A stretch of 64,000 bases of DNA from Candidatus Methylomirabilia bacterium (lineage in GTDB: Bacteria > Methylomirabilota > Methylomirabilia > Rokubacteriales > CSP1-6): positions 1 through 64,000 of the forward strand of contig JBGPXN010000001.1 in NCBI GenBank assembly GCA_041492755.1, written 5' to 3'. This document shows, piece by piece, positions 9,424 to 18,199 of the stretch. The stretch's first letter is position 1. Every line of letters starts with the position of its first letter. Below the pieces are notes generated by a model. The model was not told the DNA's origin. It saw nothing but the letters and a program-made list of their open reading frames with translations, and ran no database searches. A program made the position numbers and the translations under genes.

Positions 9424-11244
9424 TTACGCGGCCTCCCAGAGACCTTCGGCAACGCCGGCCGTCTTGTAGGCCTCGCGGATGCGGTCGAGGTTGCGGGTGA
9501 AGAGCAGGCCGATCTTGGCGAACGGCTCGAAGACGGGGCCCTGGCCGGCCGTCATCGGGAACGCGACGGCCGGCAGCTTGTCCCACTGACGGCGGACGAC
9601 GTCGCTCACGGCGGACAGGCGGGCGTAGAATTCCTCGCTCTCCTGGGCGGCGCGCTTGACGATCGGCGTGATCACGCAGTCGACCGTCTGGCGGGCCCGG
9701 TTGGCGGCGCCCTCGACCGCGGCCTCCGCGAGCGGAACGACGGTCACCCCCAGCTCACCGAGGAAGCGGTGCAGCAGCCGGCCGACGGAGTCCTGGAGCA
9801 GGAGCTCCGGCAAGCCCACCGTCTTGAGCGCGCCGGTCCCGATCTGCGCGGTCTCGGCGTACAGCTGGTTGCGCAGCCACGCCACATACTGGCGGTTCTC
9901 GTCGTCCTTCCACCAGTCGCGGATCATCTTCTTGCCCCAGTAGCGGATGGTCGCGTAGTGGATGTCGCGCTTGATCAGCCTCGAGAGGATCCCGCTCCAG
10001 GAATAGAACTTCCCCATCCCGTTGATGGCCGCCATCTGCAGCTCGTAGGGACTCATGCGGCGCGGCTGGTGGACGGCGTGGTGGCCATCGTAGAGGGACC
10101 AGTTCCGGTTGATGACGTATTTGTCGCCCTTGGCGTAGAGCGTGTCCCAGTCGGGCGAGCCCGGGATAGGCGTCAGGATCATGAACTGGATCGAGTCGAT
10201 CTCGTGCTTGCGGGCGAAGGCGGTTGTGGCATGGATGGTCTCCACGTCGTCTTCGTCGGAGCCCACCACGAACATTCCGTGGATCTTGATGTTGTGCGCG
10301 TGGAACCGCTCGATCGAGCGCTCGATCTTGGCCAGGTCCTGCTTCTTCTGGAAGAGCTTGAGCGTGCGCGGGTTGATCGACTCGAAGCCGACGTAGACGT
10401 TGAAGCAGTTGGAGTCCCGCATGAGCTGGAGCAGCTCGGGATCGTCCACGGTCTCGGTCCGGACCTGGGCGCCCCACTGCGCGGTGAGGCCCCGATCGAT
10501 CATGCCGCGCAGCAGATCCTTGCAGCGCTTCTTGTTGGCCGTGAAGATGTCGTCGGCGAAGAAGGTGTAGAGGTTGTCGCGGTAGAGCTGGAGCTCTTCC
10601 AGCACGCGCCCGATGGAGTGGGTGCGGAACGCGTGCCCGTACATGCCCGGCACCGAGCAGAACGTGCAGGAAAACGGGCACCCCCGGGAGGTGGCGACCG
10701 AGATCACGCCTCCCGACTTCCAGCCCTCGATCAGCTTGTAGTCGGGAATCGGATTCACGTCGAGGTTGGGGATCTTCCCCCGCTCGGGATTACTCACCAC
10801 GCGGCCGTCGGCCAGGTACGAAAGGTTCTGGATCTTGTCGAAGCCGCTACCGCTCTCGATCGCGTCGACCAGCTCCTGGAACGCGAATTCGCCTTCCCCC
10901 CGCACGACGAAATCGCCGTGCTGCAGGCCTTCCTCGGGGAGGAAACTCGTGTGCGTGCCGCCGAGCACGGCGATCTTGCCGGCGGCGCGGACGGCGTCGG
11001 CGAGGCGATACGACTGGGGCGCGGTCGACGTGATCGCGGAGATACCCACGAGGTCGGCGGACAGCACGTCGTTCATGTCGAGCGCGTTGATGTCCTCGAT
11101 GTAGACCCTGACGTCGTAGCCCTTGTTGCGCATGATCGTGCCCAGCAGGACCGATCCCAGCCGTGGGATGGTGACGCGGCTGTAGACGTGCAAGTGGGTG
11201 GACTTGGGCTCGACGAACACGAGCTTCCGCAGCTTCCGGTTCAT
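9424..11244 (-). CDS. Cobalamin-binding radical SAM protein with C-terminal extra domain
   Basis: N-terminal B12-binding fold (LVGISAITS, GGTHTS, VVRGEGE), SRGCPFSCTFC, FFADDIF, GFES, TPIPGS. Confidence 0.9.
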   Translation of the reverse strand: MNRKLRKLVFVEPKSTHLHVYSRVTIPRLGSVLLGTIMRNKGYDVRVYIEDINALDMNDVLSADLVGISAITSTAPQSYRLADAVRAAGKIAVLGGTHTSFLPEEGLQHGDFVVRGEGEFAFQELVDAIESGSGFDKIQNLSYLADGRVVSNPERGKIPNLDVNPIPDYKLIEGWKSGGVISVATSRGCPFSCTFCSVPGMYGHAFRTHSIGRVLEELQLYRDNLYTFFADDIFTANKKRCKDLLRGMIDRGLTAQWGAQVRTETVDDPELLQLMRDSNCFNVYVGFESINPRTLKLFQKKQDLAKIERSIERFHAHNIKIHGMFVVGSDEDDVETIHATTAFARKHEIDSIQFMILTPIPGSPDWDTLYAKGDKYVINRNWSLYDGHHAVHQPRRMSPYELQMAAINGMGKFYSWSGILSRLIKRDIHYATIRYWGKKMIRDWWKDDENRQYVAWLRNQLYAETAQIGTGALKTVGLPELLLQDSVGRLLHRFLGELGVTVVPLAEAAVEGAANRARQTVDCVITPIVKRAAQESEEFYARLSAVSDVVRRQWDKLPAVAFPMTAGQGPVFEPFAKIGLLFTRNLDRIREAYKTAGVAEGLWEAA

Positions 11245-11291
11245 TGGCAGGGTCTCCCTGGAGTGCAGCGTACGCGTGTGAGACAGCGCAG

Positions 11292-11321
11292 ACGCTACCA
11301 TCGCGTTCGCGCGATTGTCAA
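11292..11321 (-). promoter_or_regulatory. Sigma70-type promoter for the radical SAM gene
   Basis: TTGACA-18nt-TAGCGT with TG extension. Confidence 0.55.
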
Positions 11322-11353
11322 ACTAGAGGCCGGTGCTGGCCCAACCGCTTTTG

Positions 11354-11401
11354 ACCCCAGATGTAGGGTCTTGGAGCTCGAACTGGCCCCGCATATGGGA
11401 C
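11354..11401. promoter_or_regulatory. Candidate tandem NrdR boxes
   Basis: ACCCCAGATGTAGGGT (11354-11369) and GCCCCGCATATGGGAC (11386-11401), offset 32 bp. They resemble the acaCwAtATaTwGtgt consensus; the second is weaker. nrdR is about 550 bp away. Confidence 0.5.
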
Positions 11402-11408
11402 TTTGCCC

Positions 11409-11438
11409 TTGACAGCCTCGCGCCGCCGCTTCTAGCAT
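11409..11438 (+). promoter_or_regulatory. Sigma70-type promoter of the micro-ORF
   Basis: TTGACA-18nt-TAGCAT. Confidence 0.7.
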
Positions 11439-11478
11439 GCCCACGGACGTCACTCGCTCCAGGAAGGGGGGTGGGCTC

Positions 11479-11517
11479 GTGGCGAAGAAGAAGGCAGCGA
11501 AGAAGAAAAAGAAGTAG
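11479..11517 (+). CDS. 12-aa Lys-rich micropeptide MAKKKAAKKKKK
   Basis: GTG GCG AAG AAG AAG GCA GCG AAG AAG AAA AAG AAG TAG; SD-like GGGGGGTG 5 nt upstream; own promoter and terminator. Confidence 0.65.
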   Translation: MAKKKAAKKKKK

Positions 11518-11531
11518 CCGCCGCTGAAGAG

Positions 11532-11574
11532 CGGAACGGCCCTGCCGGGCTCCCGTTCCGGCAGGGCCGTTCCG
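11532..11574. terminator. 17-bp perfect hairpin between convergent transcripts
   Basis: CGGAACGGCCCTGCCGG-9nt-CCGGCAGGGCCGTTCCG. Confidence 0.7.
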
Positions 11575-11589
11575 GCTGTGTGGGTCACG

Positions 11590-11892
11590 TCACTTCGCCG
11601 CCGCGGGAGCCTGGACCTCGCCATGGCACTCGTAGTCCCGCACGAAGGGGAAGAGGAATGGACCGACCCCGAGATCCGTCGTGACTTTCGTCACCTCGAT
11701 TGTCACGTTCCGTTCCTGCGCTTCCTTCTTCAGCTTCTCGACACAGCCGCCGCGGGTGTAGGCGTTCGTCACGATGAGGGGAGGCCGGTTCTCGGCCGCC
11801 GGCAGATATGTCGTGGTGGATCCACAGCCTGCCAGGAGCACACCGGAGGCCATTGCGAGGCCGATCACCAAGGCTGTCGTGTGCCGGGGCAC
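11590..11892 (-). CDS. Small hypothetical lipoprotein
   Basis: GTG start, hydrophobic stretch, lipobox LAGC and two further Cys. Confidence 0.7.
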   Translation of the reverse strand: MPRHTTALVIGLAMASGVLLAGCGSTTTYLPAAENRPPLIVTNAYTRGGCVEKLKKEAQERNVTIEVTKVTTDLGVGPFLFPFVRDYECHGEVQAPAAAK

Positions 11893-11945
11893 GTGGATCG
11901 TCCGCCCTTCAACCGCCCCACGAAGTCGGACTCGCGGGCGCGGGG

Positions 11946-12452
11946 CTACTTGGGACTTTTGGCGAGGGGGCGAGGTTTGGGGGCGGCGGCACCGGTCTTG
12001 TCGGTCTTGAGCAGCCCCTTCACTTCGTCCATGAACTGGTTGATGTCCTTGAACTGCCGGTACACCGAGGCGAAACGCACGTACGCGACCTGGTCGAGCC
12101 GCTGCAGGTGCTCCATCACGAGGTCCCCCAGCTCCAGGCTGGAGATCTCCTTCTCGGCCCGGTCGTGCAGGCGCGCTTCGATGTCGGCCACGACGTCGTC
12201 GACGGCGGGAACGCCAACGGAGCGCTTCTCGCACGCTTTGAGGATGGAGCTACGCAGCTTCTGCCGGTCGAAGGGCTCGCGCCGTCCATCGCGCTTCACC
12301 ACGTGCGGCAGGACATCCTCGATGTACTCGTACGTGGTGTACCGCCGATGGCACTTGAGACACTCGCGGCGCCGGCGGATGAACTCACCGTCCCGGCCCA
12401 CGCGCGAGTCGACGACGCGATCCTCGGTGTGACCGCAGAACGGACATTTCAT
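11946..12452 (-). CDS. nrdR: Transcriptional repressor NrdR
   Basis: MKCPFC..VVDSR, IRRRREC..C..RYTTYE, ATP cone, [10 protein letters not shown]. Confidence 0.97.
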   Translation of the reverse strand: MKCPFCGHTEDRVVDSRVGRDGEFIRRRRECLKCHRRYTTYEYIEDVLPHVVKRDGRREPFDRQKLRSSILKACEKRSVGVPAVDDVVADIEARLHDRAEKEISSLELGDLVMEHLQRLDQVAYVRFASVYRQFKDINQFMDEVKGLLKTDKTGAAAPKPRPLAKSPK

Positions 12453-13702
12453 CGGGCCCCTCTCCTGCCGGGATAGAGCGGAAATCGATTCGTGAGCTCC
12501 TGGACCTCCCCCCGGACGGCCGCTTCCGTCGCCGACGATGCCGGCGATTGAAGGACGCGATCGATGAGCGCCGCGATCTGCACCATCTCGGGCTCCTTCA
12601 TGCCACGGGTGGTGACGGCCGGCGTCCCCACGCGGATACCGCTGGTGACCATCGGGCTCCGCGTTTCGTACGGTACCGTGTTCTTGTTCACGGTGATCCA
12701 CGCACGGTCGAGCGCCTCCTGCGCGTCCTTGCCGGTGATCCGGCGACTGGTCAGGTCCATCAGGATGAGGTGGGTGTCCGTTCCCCCGCTCACCAGACGA
12801 AATCCGTGACCGAGCAGCGCTTCGGCCAGCGCCCTGGCGTTGCGAACGATCTGCTGCTGGTAGGCGCGCCACTCCGGCGTCAGGGCTTCGCGGAACGCCA
12901 CCGCCTTGGCCGCGATGATGTGCATGAGCGGACCGCCCTGTACGCCCGGCATCACGGCCTTGTCGAGGGCCTGGGCACGCGCGGCCTGGCACATGACCAT
13001 GCCACCACGGGGACCGCGCAACGTCTTGTGCGTGGTCGTCGTCACGAAGTCGGCCAGACCAACCGGTGACGGGTGCAGCCCGGCCGCCACCAGCCCGGCG
13101 GGATGCGCGATGTCGGCCATCAGCGTGGCGCCGACCTCGCGCGCGATCTCGCTGAAGGGCTTGAAATCGATGGCGCGCGGGAACGCGGAGCCGCCGGCGA
13201 TGATCAGCTTCGGCCGGTGGGCGCGGGCGAGATCACGCACTTCGTCGAGGTCGATGCGCTCGGTGTCCCGGCGCACGCCGTACGGCACGATCTTGTAGAA
13301 CTTTCCGGAGTAGTTGACGGGACTGCCGGCGGTGAGGTGGCCACCGTGCGAGAGGTTTGGGCCGAGGACGACGTCACCCGGCTGGAGCACCGTGAAATAC
13401 ACGGCCATGTTCGCCTGCGCGCCCGAATGCGGCTGAACGTTGGCGTGCTCGCTCCCGAACAATTCCTTGGCGCGGGCGATGGCGAGCTCCTCGACGACGT
13501 CGACGACCTCGCAGCCCCCGTAGTAGCGGCGTCCCGGATACCCCTCGGCGTACTTGTTGGTCAGCACGGAGCCCGTCGCCTCGAGAACGGCCTCGGAGAC
13601 AAAGTTCTCCGACGCGATCAGCTCGAGGTTGCGGTGCTGTCGCTGGGCCTCCTCGCCCAGCGCTTTGGCGATATCGGGGTCGACATCGGCGAGACGCTGC
13701 AT
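12449..13702 (-). CDS. glyA: Serine hydroxymethyltransferase
   Basis: [27 protein letters not shown] and [13 protein letters not shown] motifs. Confidence 0.97.
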   Translation of the reverse strand: MQRLADVDPDIAKALGEEAQRQHRNLELIASENFVSEAVLEATGSVLTNKYAEGYPGRRYYGGCEVVDVVEELAIARAKELFGSEHANVQPHSGAQANMAVYFTVLQPGDVVLGPNLSHGGHLTAGSPVNYSGKFYKIVPYGVRRDTERIDLDEVRDLARAHRPKLIIAGGSAFPRAIDFKPFSEIAREVGATLMADIAHPAGLVAAGLHPSPVGLADFVTTTTHKTLRGPRGGMVMCQAARAQALDKAVMPGVQGGPLMHIIAAKAVAFREALTPEWRAYQQQIVRNARALAEALLGHGFRLVSGGTDTHLILMDLTSRRITGKDAQEALDRAWITVNKNTVPYETRSPMVTSGIRVGTPAVTTRGMKEPEMVQIAALIDRVLQSPASSATEAAVRGEVQELTNRFPLYPGRRGAR

Positions 13703-13714
13703 AAGACTGATGCC

Positions 13715-13743
13715 ACCATACGGGTGGGGGCCACAGGTGTCAA
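13715..13743 (-). promoter_or_regulatory. Sigma70 promoter of glyA-nrdR
   Basis: TTGACA-17nt-TATGGT, 12 nt upstream of the ATG. Confidence 0.7.
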
Positions 13744-13765
13744 GTTCCTCAACAGGATGTATTAC

Positions 13766-13803
13766 TCGGAGGGGGCCTCGCGCCGGCGGAGCCGGCGCTC
13801 GAA
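13766..13803. repeat. REP-like palindromic repeat (short copy)
   Basis: TCGGAGGGGGCC followed by GCGCCGGCGGAGCCGGCGCTCGA, shared with the copy at 26583-26640. Confidence 0.6.
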
Positions 13804-13807
13804 ACAC

Positions 13808-15034
13808 CTATTCCGCGACACTCTTCGGTCCCGATACCGAAGCGGCCGTCGCACGGGCCGGGCCGGGGAACGCGAAGGACTCGGCCAGGGTGCCGTCGTA
13901 GCCCATGGCGACGAGCCGCGGGATGTCGAGGCGGCTTTCGGCGGCGGCGATCTCGTCGGCGGAGATGCGCGTGCCGGGATGGCGGGGAACGAAGAGCGTG
14001 CAGCAATCGGCGTCGGGCTCGATGGAGATCTCGAACGTGCCGAGCTGCTGAGCCTGGGCCGTGATCTCGAGCTTGTCCATTCCGATCAGCGGACGGAACA
14101 CCGGCCGCTCGGCGACCTCGTTCGTGCGCGAGATGTTCTCGAGCGTCTGGGAGGCCACCTGTCCCAAGCTCTCGCCGGTCACGAGCGCGCCGGCGCCGCA
14201 GGAACGCGCCAGGCGCTCGGCGATCCGGATCATCATGCGGCGGTAGACCACGACCCGCAGGGGCGGCGGCACCGAGAGCACGACCTCGCGCTGGATCTCG
14301 CCGAGCGGCGCCAGAAAGAGCTGTGAGCGGTACTGCCACTCCGTCAGCCGCCCCACGAGGCTCCGCGCCTTGTCCTGCGAGATCGGGGGCAGATACGGAA
14401 CGCTGTGGAAATGCACGAACACGACGTGGCAACCGCGCTTCATCATCCGCCACGCCGCCACCGGCGAGTCGATGCCGCCCGACAGCAGCGCCACCACGGT
14501 TCCGCTCACGCCGACGGGCAGTCCGCCCGGGCCGGGCGCGCGATCGGCGTAGACGAACGTTTCCGCCGGCAGCACTTCGACGTGGATCTGAAGCTCCGGC
14601 GTGTGCAGGTCCACGCGTGCCGGCACGCGCTCCTGCACGAACGCGCCGAGCACGCGGTTGAGCTCCACCGACGTCATCGGATACGTCTTGAACGCCCGGC
14701 GCGCCGAGATGCGGAACGAGCCGAAGCTCCGCCCCTCGATGGCGCGCGCGACCGCCGCCTTCATGGCATCGACGGACGACGGCACGCGCTCGCCCAGCGC
14801 CACGCTCGCCACGCCGAACACACGGGCCGCGCGGTCGCGCACCGCCTCCGGGCGGGGATTGTCTCGAAGCTCGAGCAGGATGCGGCCGGGAAGCTGCCGG
14901 ATCTCGACGGGGCCGACGTCGGCGGTGGCGTGGGCGAGATTGCGCGCGAGCCGGCGCAGGAAGAGCGGACGGTTTCCGCGCTTGAGGCTGATCTCGTGAT
15001 AGTGGACGACGGCCGCGGGACGCACGCGTCCCAT
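13808..15034 (-). CDS. thiI: tRNA 4-thiouridine synthase (THUMP + PP-loop, no rhodanese domain)
   Basis: EISLKRGNR, GPGGLPVG, LLSGGIDSPVA, TGESLGQVASQT and DCC motifs. Confidence 0.95.
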   Translation of the reverse strand: MGRVRPAAVVHYHEISLKRGNRPLFLRRLARNLAHATADVGPVEIRQLPGRILLELRDNPRPEAVRDRAARVFGVASVALGERVPSSVDAMKAAVARAIEGRSFGSFRISARRAFKTYPMTSVELNRVLGAFVQERVPARVDLHTPELQIHVEVLPAETFVYADRAPGPGGLPVGVSGTVVALLSGGIDSPVAAWRMMKRGCHVVFVHFHSVPYLPPISQDKARSLVGRLTEWQYRSQLFLAPLGEIQREVVLSVPPPLRVVVYRRMMIRIAERLARSCGAGALVTGESLGQVASQTLENISRTNEVAERPVFRPLIGMDKLEITAQAQQLGTFEISIEPDADCCTLFVPRHPGTRISADEIAAAESRLDIPRLVAMGYDGTLAESFAFPGPARATAASVSGPKSVAE

Positions 15035-15039
15035 GACGC

Positions 15040-15843
15040 TCAGTAGCGCGCGCCGGGGAACGTCGACACACCGGCCGGGCGGCCGGGGACGCGGTACATC
15101 TTCATGTGGTTCCACGGCTCGCCGAGCACGCCGTCGTGGATGGCCCAGCTCCGCCCGCGCACGGAGTTCCCGAATTCCGGCCGGCGGAACGGCGAGGAGT
15201 CGTCGAGCCGCTGGCCCAGCGCGCCGCCGGAGTGGAAGTCGTCGTGGATCTCCTCCATGCGCTCGCGCCCGATGAAATAGTCGCAGCCGTGGCGCTCGTA
15301 GAGGATCGCCGAGTGATAGAAGAGCGGCTCAACCAGGTAGAGCTCGCGACCGAGCAGCGCGCAGAAGGCGTCCATGCACTCGAGCACGCGGCCGAGCATC
15401 CGCAGGCCGCCGCGCACCTGGCCCGGGGCCAGCCCCGCCGCCAGCGCGCGCGCTTCCTCCCGCGTGTTTCGCCCGTTCGTTCCGAGCAGCGTGTCCTGAC
15501 CGTCCTCGTCGCGGTCGATGCCGAACCGCGGGGCGCTGGGATTGCCGATCTGCACGAACGCCAGCTCGGGCACGGCGAACGCCGACATGCCGATGTCGAC
15601 CAGCAACACGGGATCGCGGTCGTTGGCGCCGGCCCGGACTTCGACTCGGGCCCACGCGGTGGCGTCGTGGGCGGTGATGCGCACGAGACGCTCGCCGCCG
15701 GGGCCGCGCAGGGTGGCCCGATCGATGGCGAGCTGCCGCAGCAGCTCGTCGGGGACCAGCCGCAGGTAGAGCTGCTCGCGAACACCGAAGGGCAAGGCGT
15801 TGAGGTCGACGATCGAATCGAGGCGGGAAACGGAAGCGTCCAC
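15040..15843 (-). CDS. Conserved hypothetical protein, possibly a GNAT-like fold
   Basis: Fills the gap between mobA and thiI. Protein-like motifs LAPGQVRGGLR, EPLFYHSAILYERHG and RGRSWAIHDG. Confidence 0.7.
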   Translation of the reverse strand: MDASVSRLDSIVDLNALPFGVREQLYLRLVPDELLRQLAIDRATLRGPGGERLVRITAHDATAWARVEVRAGANDRDPVLLVDIGMSAFAVPELAFVQIGNPSAPRFGIDRDEDGQDTLLGTNGRNTREEARALAAGLAPGQVRGGLRMLGRVLECMDAFCALLGRELYLVEPLFYHSAILYERHGCDYFIGRERMEEIHDDFHSGGALGQRLDDSSPFRRPEFGNSVRGRSWAIHDGVLGEPWNHMKMYRVPGRPAGVSTFPGARY

Positions 15844-16434
15844 TCAGGCTCCGGCCAGGCGGGCGGCGCGGGCCAGCTCGTCCGGCGTGTTGACGTTCAT
15901 GAACATCACGGCGGGATCACCGTACGGAGCCAGCTCGGCCTCCTCGATGGTCAGCACCCGCACCTTGTCGAAGAAGCCGACGATCTTGAGCTGTCCGGCG
16001 CGCAGCCGCTCTTCCATGTGGGGGAGGCAATGCTTGTGGTAGCTCGCGTGCATCGTCTCGAGCCGGCCGCCCGCCCGAGGAATGACCACATCGGCCTCGG
16101 GGGCGCGGCTGACGACCAGTCGCACAGCGTCGGGGTGCAAGAACGGCATGTCGCACGCGACGGTGAAGGCGGCGTCGCCGGAAGCCGCGCGCAAGCCGGA
16201 ATAGATACCGCCAAGGGAACCGCCGTCCGGAAACGCGTCGGGGACCATGGGAAGATCGAGGAAACGGTAGAGCTCCGGGGTGTTGGTCACCAGCAGCAGG
16301 TCATCCACCACCCCGGCGATCGCGGCCGCCACTCGCTCGATGATGCGCCGGCCGCCGAGCTCCAGCAAGGCCTTGGGACGCCCCCCCATCCGGGTACTCT
16401 TGCCGCCGGCCTGGATGACCCCCGTCACGCGCAT
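15844..16434 (-). CDS. mobA: Molybdenum cofactor guanylyltransferase
   Basis: AGGKSTRMG..KA, GSLGGIYSGL, ACDMPF and NVNTPDEL motifs. Confidence 0.92.
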   Translation of the reverse strand: MRVTGVIQAGGKSTRMGGRPKALLELGGRRIIERVAAAIAGVVDDLLLVTNTPELYRFLDLPMVPDAFPDGGSLGGIYSGLRAASGDAAFTVACDMPFLHPDAVRLVVSRAPEADVVIPRAGGRLETMHASYHKHCLPHMEERLRAGQLKIVGFFDKVRVLTIEEAELAPYGDPAVMFMNVNTPDELARAARLAGA

Positions 16435-16465
16435 CGGCCGCCCATCAACAACCTCCGCGCGCGCG

Positions 16466-17086
16466 TCACGGCATCACCGCCCCCTGCCGGATCACGCGCG
16501 GCGGATCCGCGACGGCGTCGAGCACGGTGGAGGCAGGTCCGCCCGCGGTCACCCCCGCATCGAGAGCAAGATCGACGTCGTCACCCAGGCTGGCCAGGGC
16601 CGCCGCAACGGTCGTGGGGGGTGACGCGCCCGTCACGTTGGCGCTCGGCGCGGTGACGGGGCCGCCGAGCGCGGTCACCAGCCCACGCGCGACGGCGTGC
16701 GAGCTCAGCCGCACGCCCACCGTCCCCGTCCCTGCCGTCACTTCCACCGGCACCAGGGCCCGTGCCGGGAGGACCAGGGTCAGCGGGCCTGGCCAGTGGC
16801 GCTCCATCAGCGCGCGCGCGGCGGGAGTAATCGTCGTCACCAGCGATTCCACCATCGCAATCGAGTCCACGAGCAACAGCAGCGGCCTGTCATCCGGCCG
16901 GCCCTTGAGCCGGCGGACGCGCGCCACCGCCTCCGGCCGTAACGCGTCGGCCCCCAGCCCGTAGAACGTCTCCGTTGGGAACACGATCGCCCCGGCGCGC
17001 CGCAATACCTCGGCGGCGCGCCGCAGCACCGCCGCGCCGGGCGCCGTCGCGTCGACGACCAGGACCGGCGCCGCCACGGCGCTCAC
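16466..17086 (-). CDS. tsaC: L-threonylcarbamoyladenylate synthase (YrdC/Sua5)
   Basis: FPTETFYGLGAD, KGRP, WPGPLT, TAPSAN and STVLD motifs. Confidence 0.93.
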   Translation of the reverse strand: MSAVAAPVLVVDATAPGAAVLRRAAEVLRRAGAIVFPTETFYGLGADALRPEAVARVRRLKGRPDDRPLLLLVDSIAMVESLVTTITPAARALMERHWPGPLTLVLPARALVPVEVTAGTGTVGVRLSSHAVARGLVTALGGPVTAPSANVTGASPPTTVAAALASLGDDVDLALDAGVTAGGPASTVLDAVADPPRVIRQGAVMP

Positions 17087-17292
17087 CGGGGCCGCCGGAG
17101 CAGCCCGCGCCCGATATCCCGGCGAAAGTGCATGCCGTCGAAGGCGTTAGAGGACACCGCGATAGGGCGTACCCTCGCGCGCGAGCGCGCGGACGGTCGG
17201 CACCACGATCTCGTCCATGATCCGGCGCTCTGTCGCAGCATCCACGTCGTCCACGGGAGGGTACGCGCCCATCCCACCGTGAGAACCTTCAC
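17083..17292 (-). pseudogene. purD: Collapsed purD (GAR synthetase) remnant, 210 bp
   Basis: N-terminus MKVL, then an out-of-frame middle piece GGMGAYPP..RRIMDEIVVPTVRALAREGTPYRGVL, then C-terminus AFDGMHFRRDIG. Confidence 0.88.
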
Positions 17293-18188
17293 CGGCCCTC
17301 CTCGGGAGGCTCCACCAGCTCGAGATGCGCGCGCGCGATGCGCGCCCACGGGCTGGCGGCGTCGAGGTCCAGGTAGCGCTGCCAGTGCCGGACCGCATCC
17401 GCGTTGCGGCCGGCGCGGGCGAGCGCGGCCGCGAGGTTGAAATGGGCGTCGGCGTAGTCGGGCGACACGTCGAGCGCGATCCGATAGTGGCGGATGCCTT
17501 CCTCCGGCTCACCGCAGTCCTCGTGCAGCGAGCCGAGGTTGTACGCCGCCTCCGCGCAGTCGGGATCGTTGCGCAGCGCCGTCGCGTACGCCTGGCGTGC
17601 TTCCGGGTAGCGACCGAGACGGTGGAGCACCAGCCCGAGGTTGTTCCAGGCGGCGGAGTAGCTCGGGTCGAGCGCGACCACGCGCTGGTAGGCGTCCACC
17701 GCGTCCTCCCAGTGCGATGGCTCGTCGTCCCACTCGCTCGCCCGCTCGAACCACGTCTCGGCCTGCTGAGCCGGCGGATGCAGCGGCCGCACGCGTCCGG
17801 TCGGTAAGGTGGCCGCCGCGGCCGCCGTCAGGTCGACGGCGTCGAGGGCGAGCACCTGCTGGCCCGAGCGCGGATCGAACCGCACGTTGTCCGACTGGGC
17901 GAGCAACCGGGTGCCGTCCACGAGGAAGCGGACCTCGGTGAGCGGCTGCCGCAGCCCGGGGTCCTGACGGCGCAGCGCCTGCAGCGCCTCCCGGATCTGG
18001 CGCACGGACGCGCCGGCGTCGAGCAGCGCGCTGGCGGCGCGCAACGCGAGCAGATCGCGGAAGGTGTAGCCGCCATCGGTGCGCAACAGATCGAGGCGGC
18101 GTAGCTGAGCCGTGCGCCGCGGGGTGAGGCTCAGGATGCGGGTCAGCTCACGCAGCCCGTAGATCCGCTCGCCCGCCGTCTCCCCCAT
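17289..18188 (-). CDS. MerR-like HTH + TPR repeat protein
   Basis: YTFRDLLALR..LL.AGAS..QIR motif; TPR motifs AWNNLG, AAYNLG and AHFNLA. Confidence 0.85.
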   Translation of the reverse strand: MGETAGERIYGLRELTRILSLTPRRTAQLRRLDLLRTDGGYTFRDLLALRAASALLDAGASVRQIREALQALRRQDPGLRQPLTEVRFLVDGTRLLAQSDNVRFDPRSGQQVLALDAVDLTAAAAATLPTGRVRPLHPPAQQAETWFERASEWDDEPSHWEDAVDAYQRVVALDPSYSAAWNNLGLVLHRLGRYPEARQAYATALRNDPDCAEAAYNLGSLHEDCGEPEEGIRHYRIALDVSPDYADAHFNLAAALARAGRNADAVRHWQRYLDLDAASPWARIARAHLELVEPPEEGR

Positions 18189-18199
18189 TGCTTCGGTGA

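Noticed and set aside
11295..11624. Minus-strand ORF containing YFFFFFAAFFF
   Set aside because: It is the reverse complement of the Lys-rich micro-ORF; the expression signals are on the plus strand.
13808..15034. ThiI lacking a rhodanese domain as a truncation
   Set aside because: This is the common architecture outside gammaproteobacteria.
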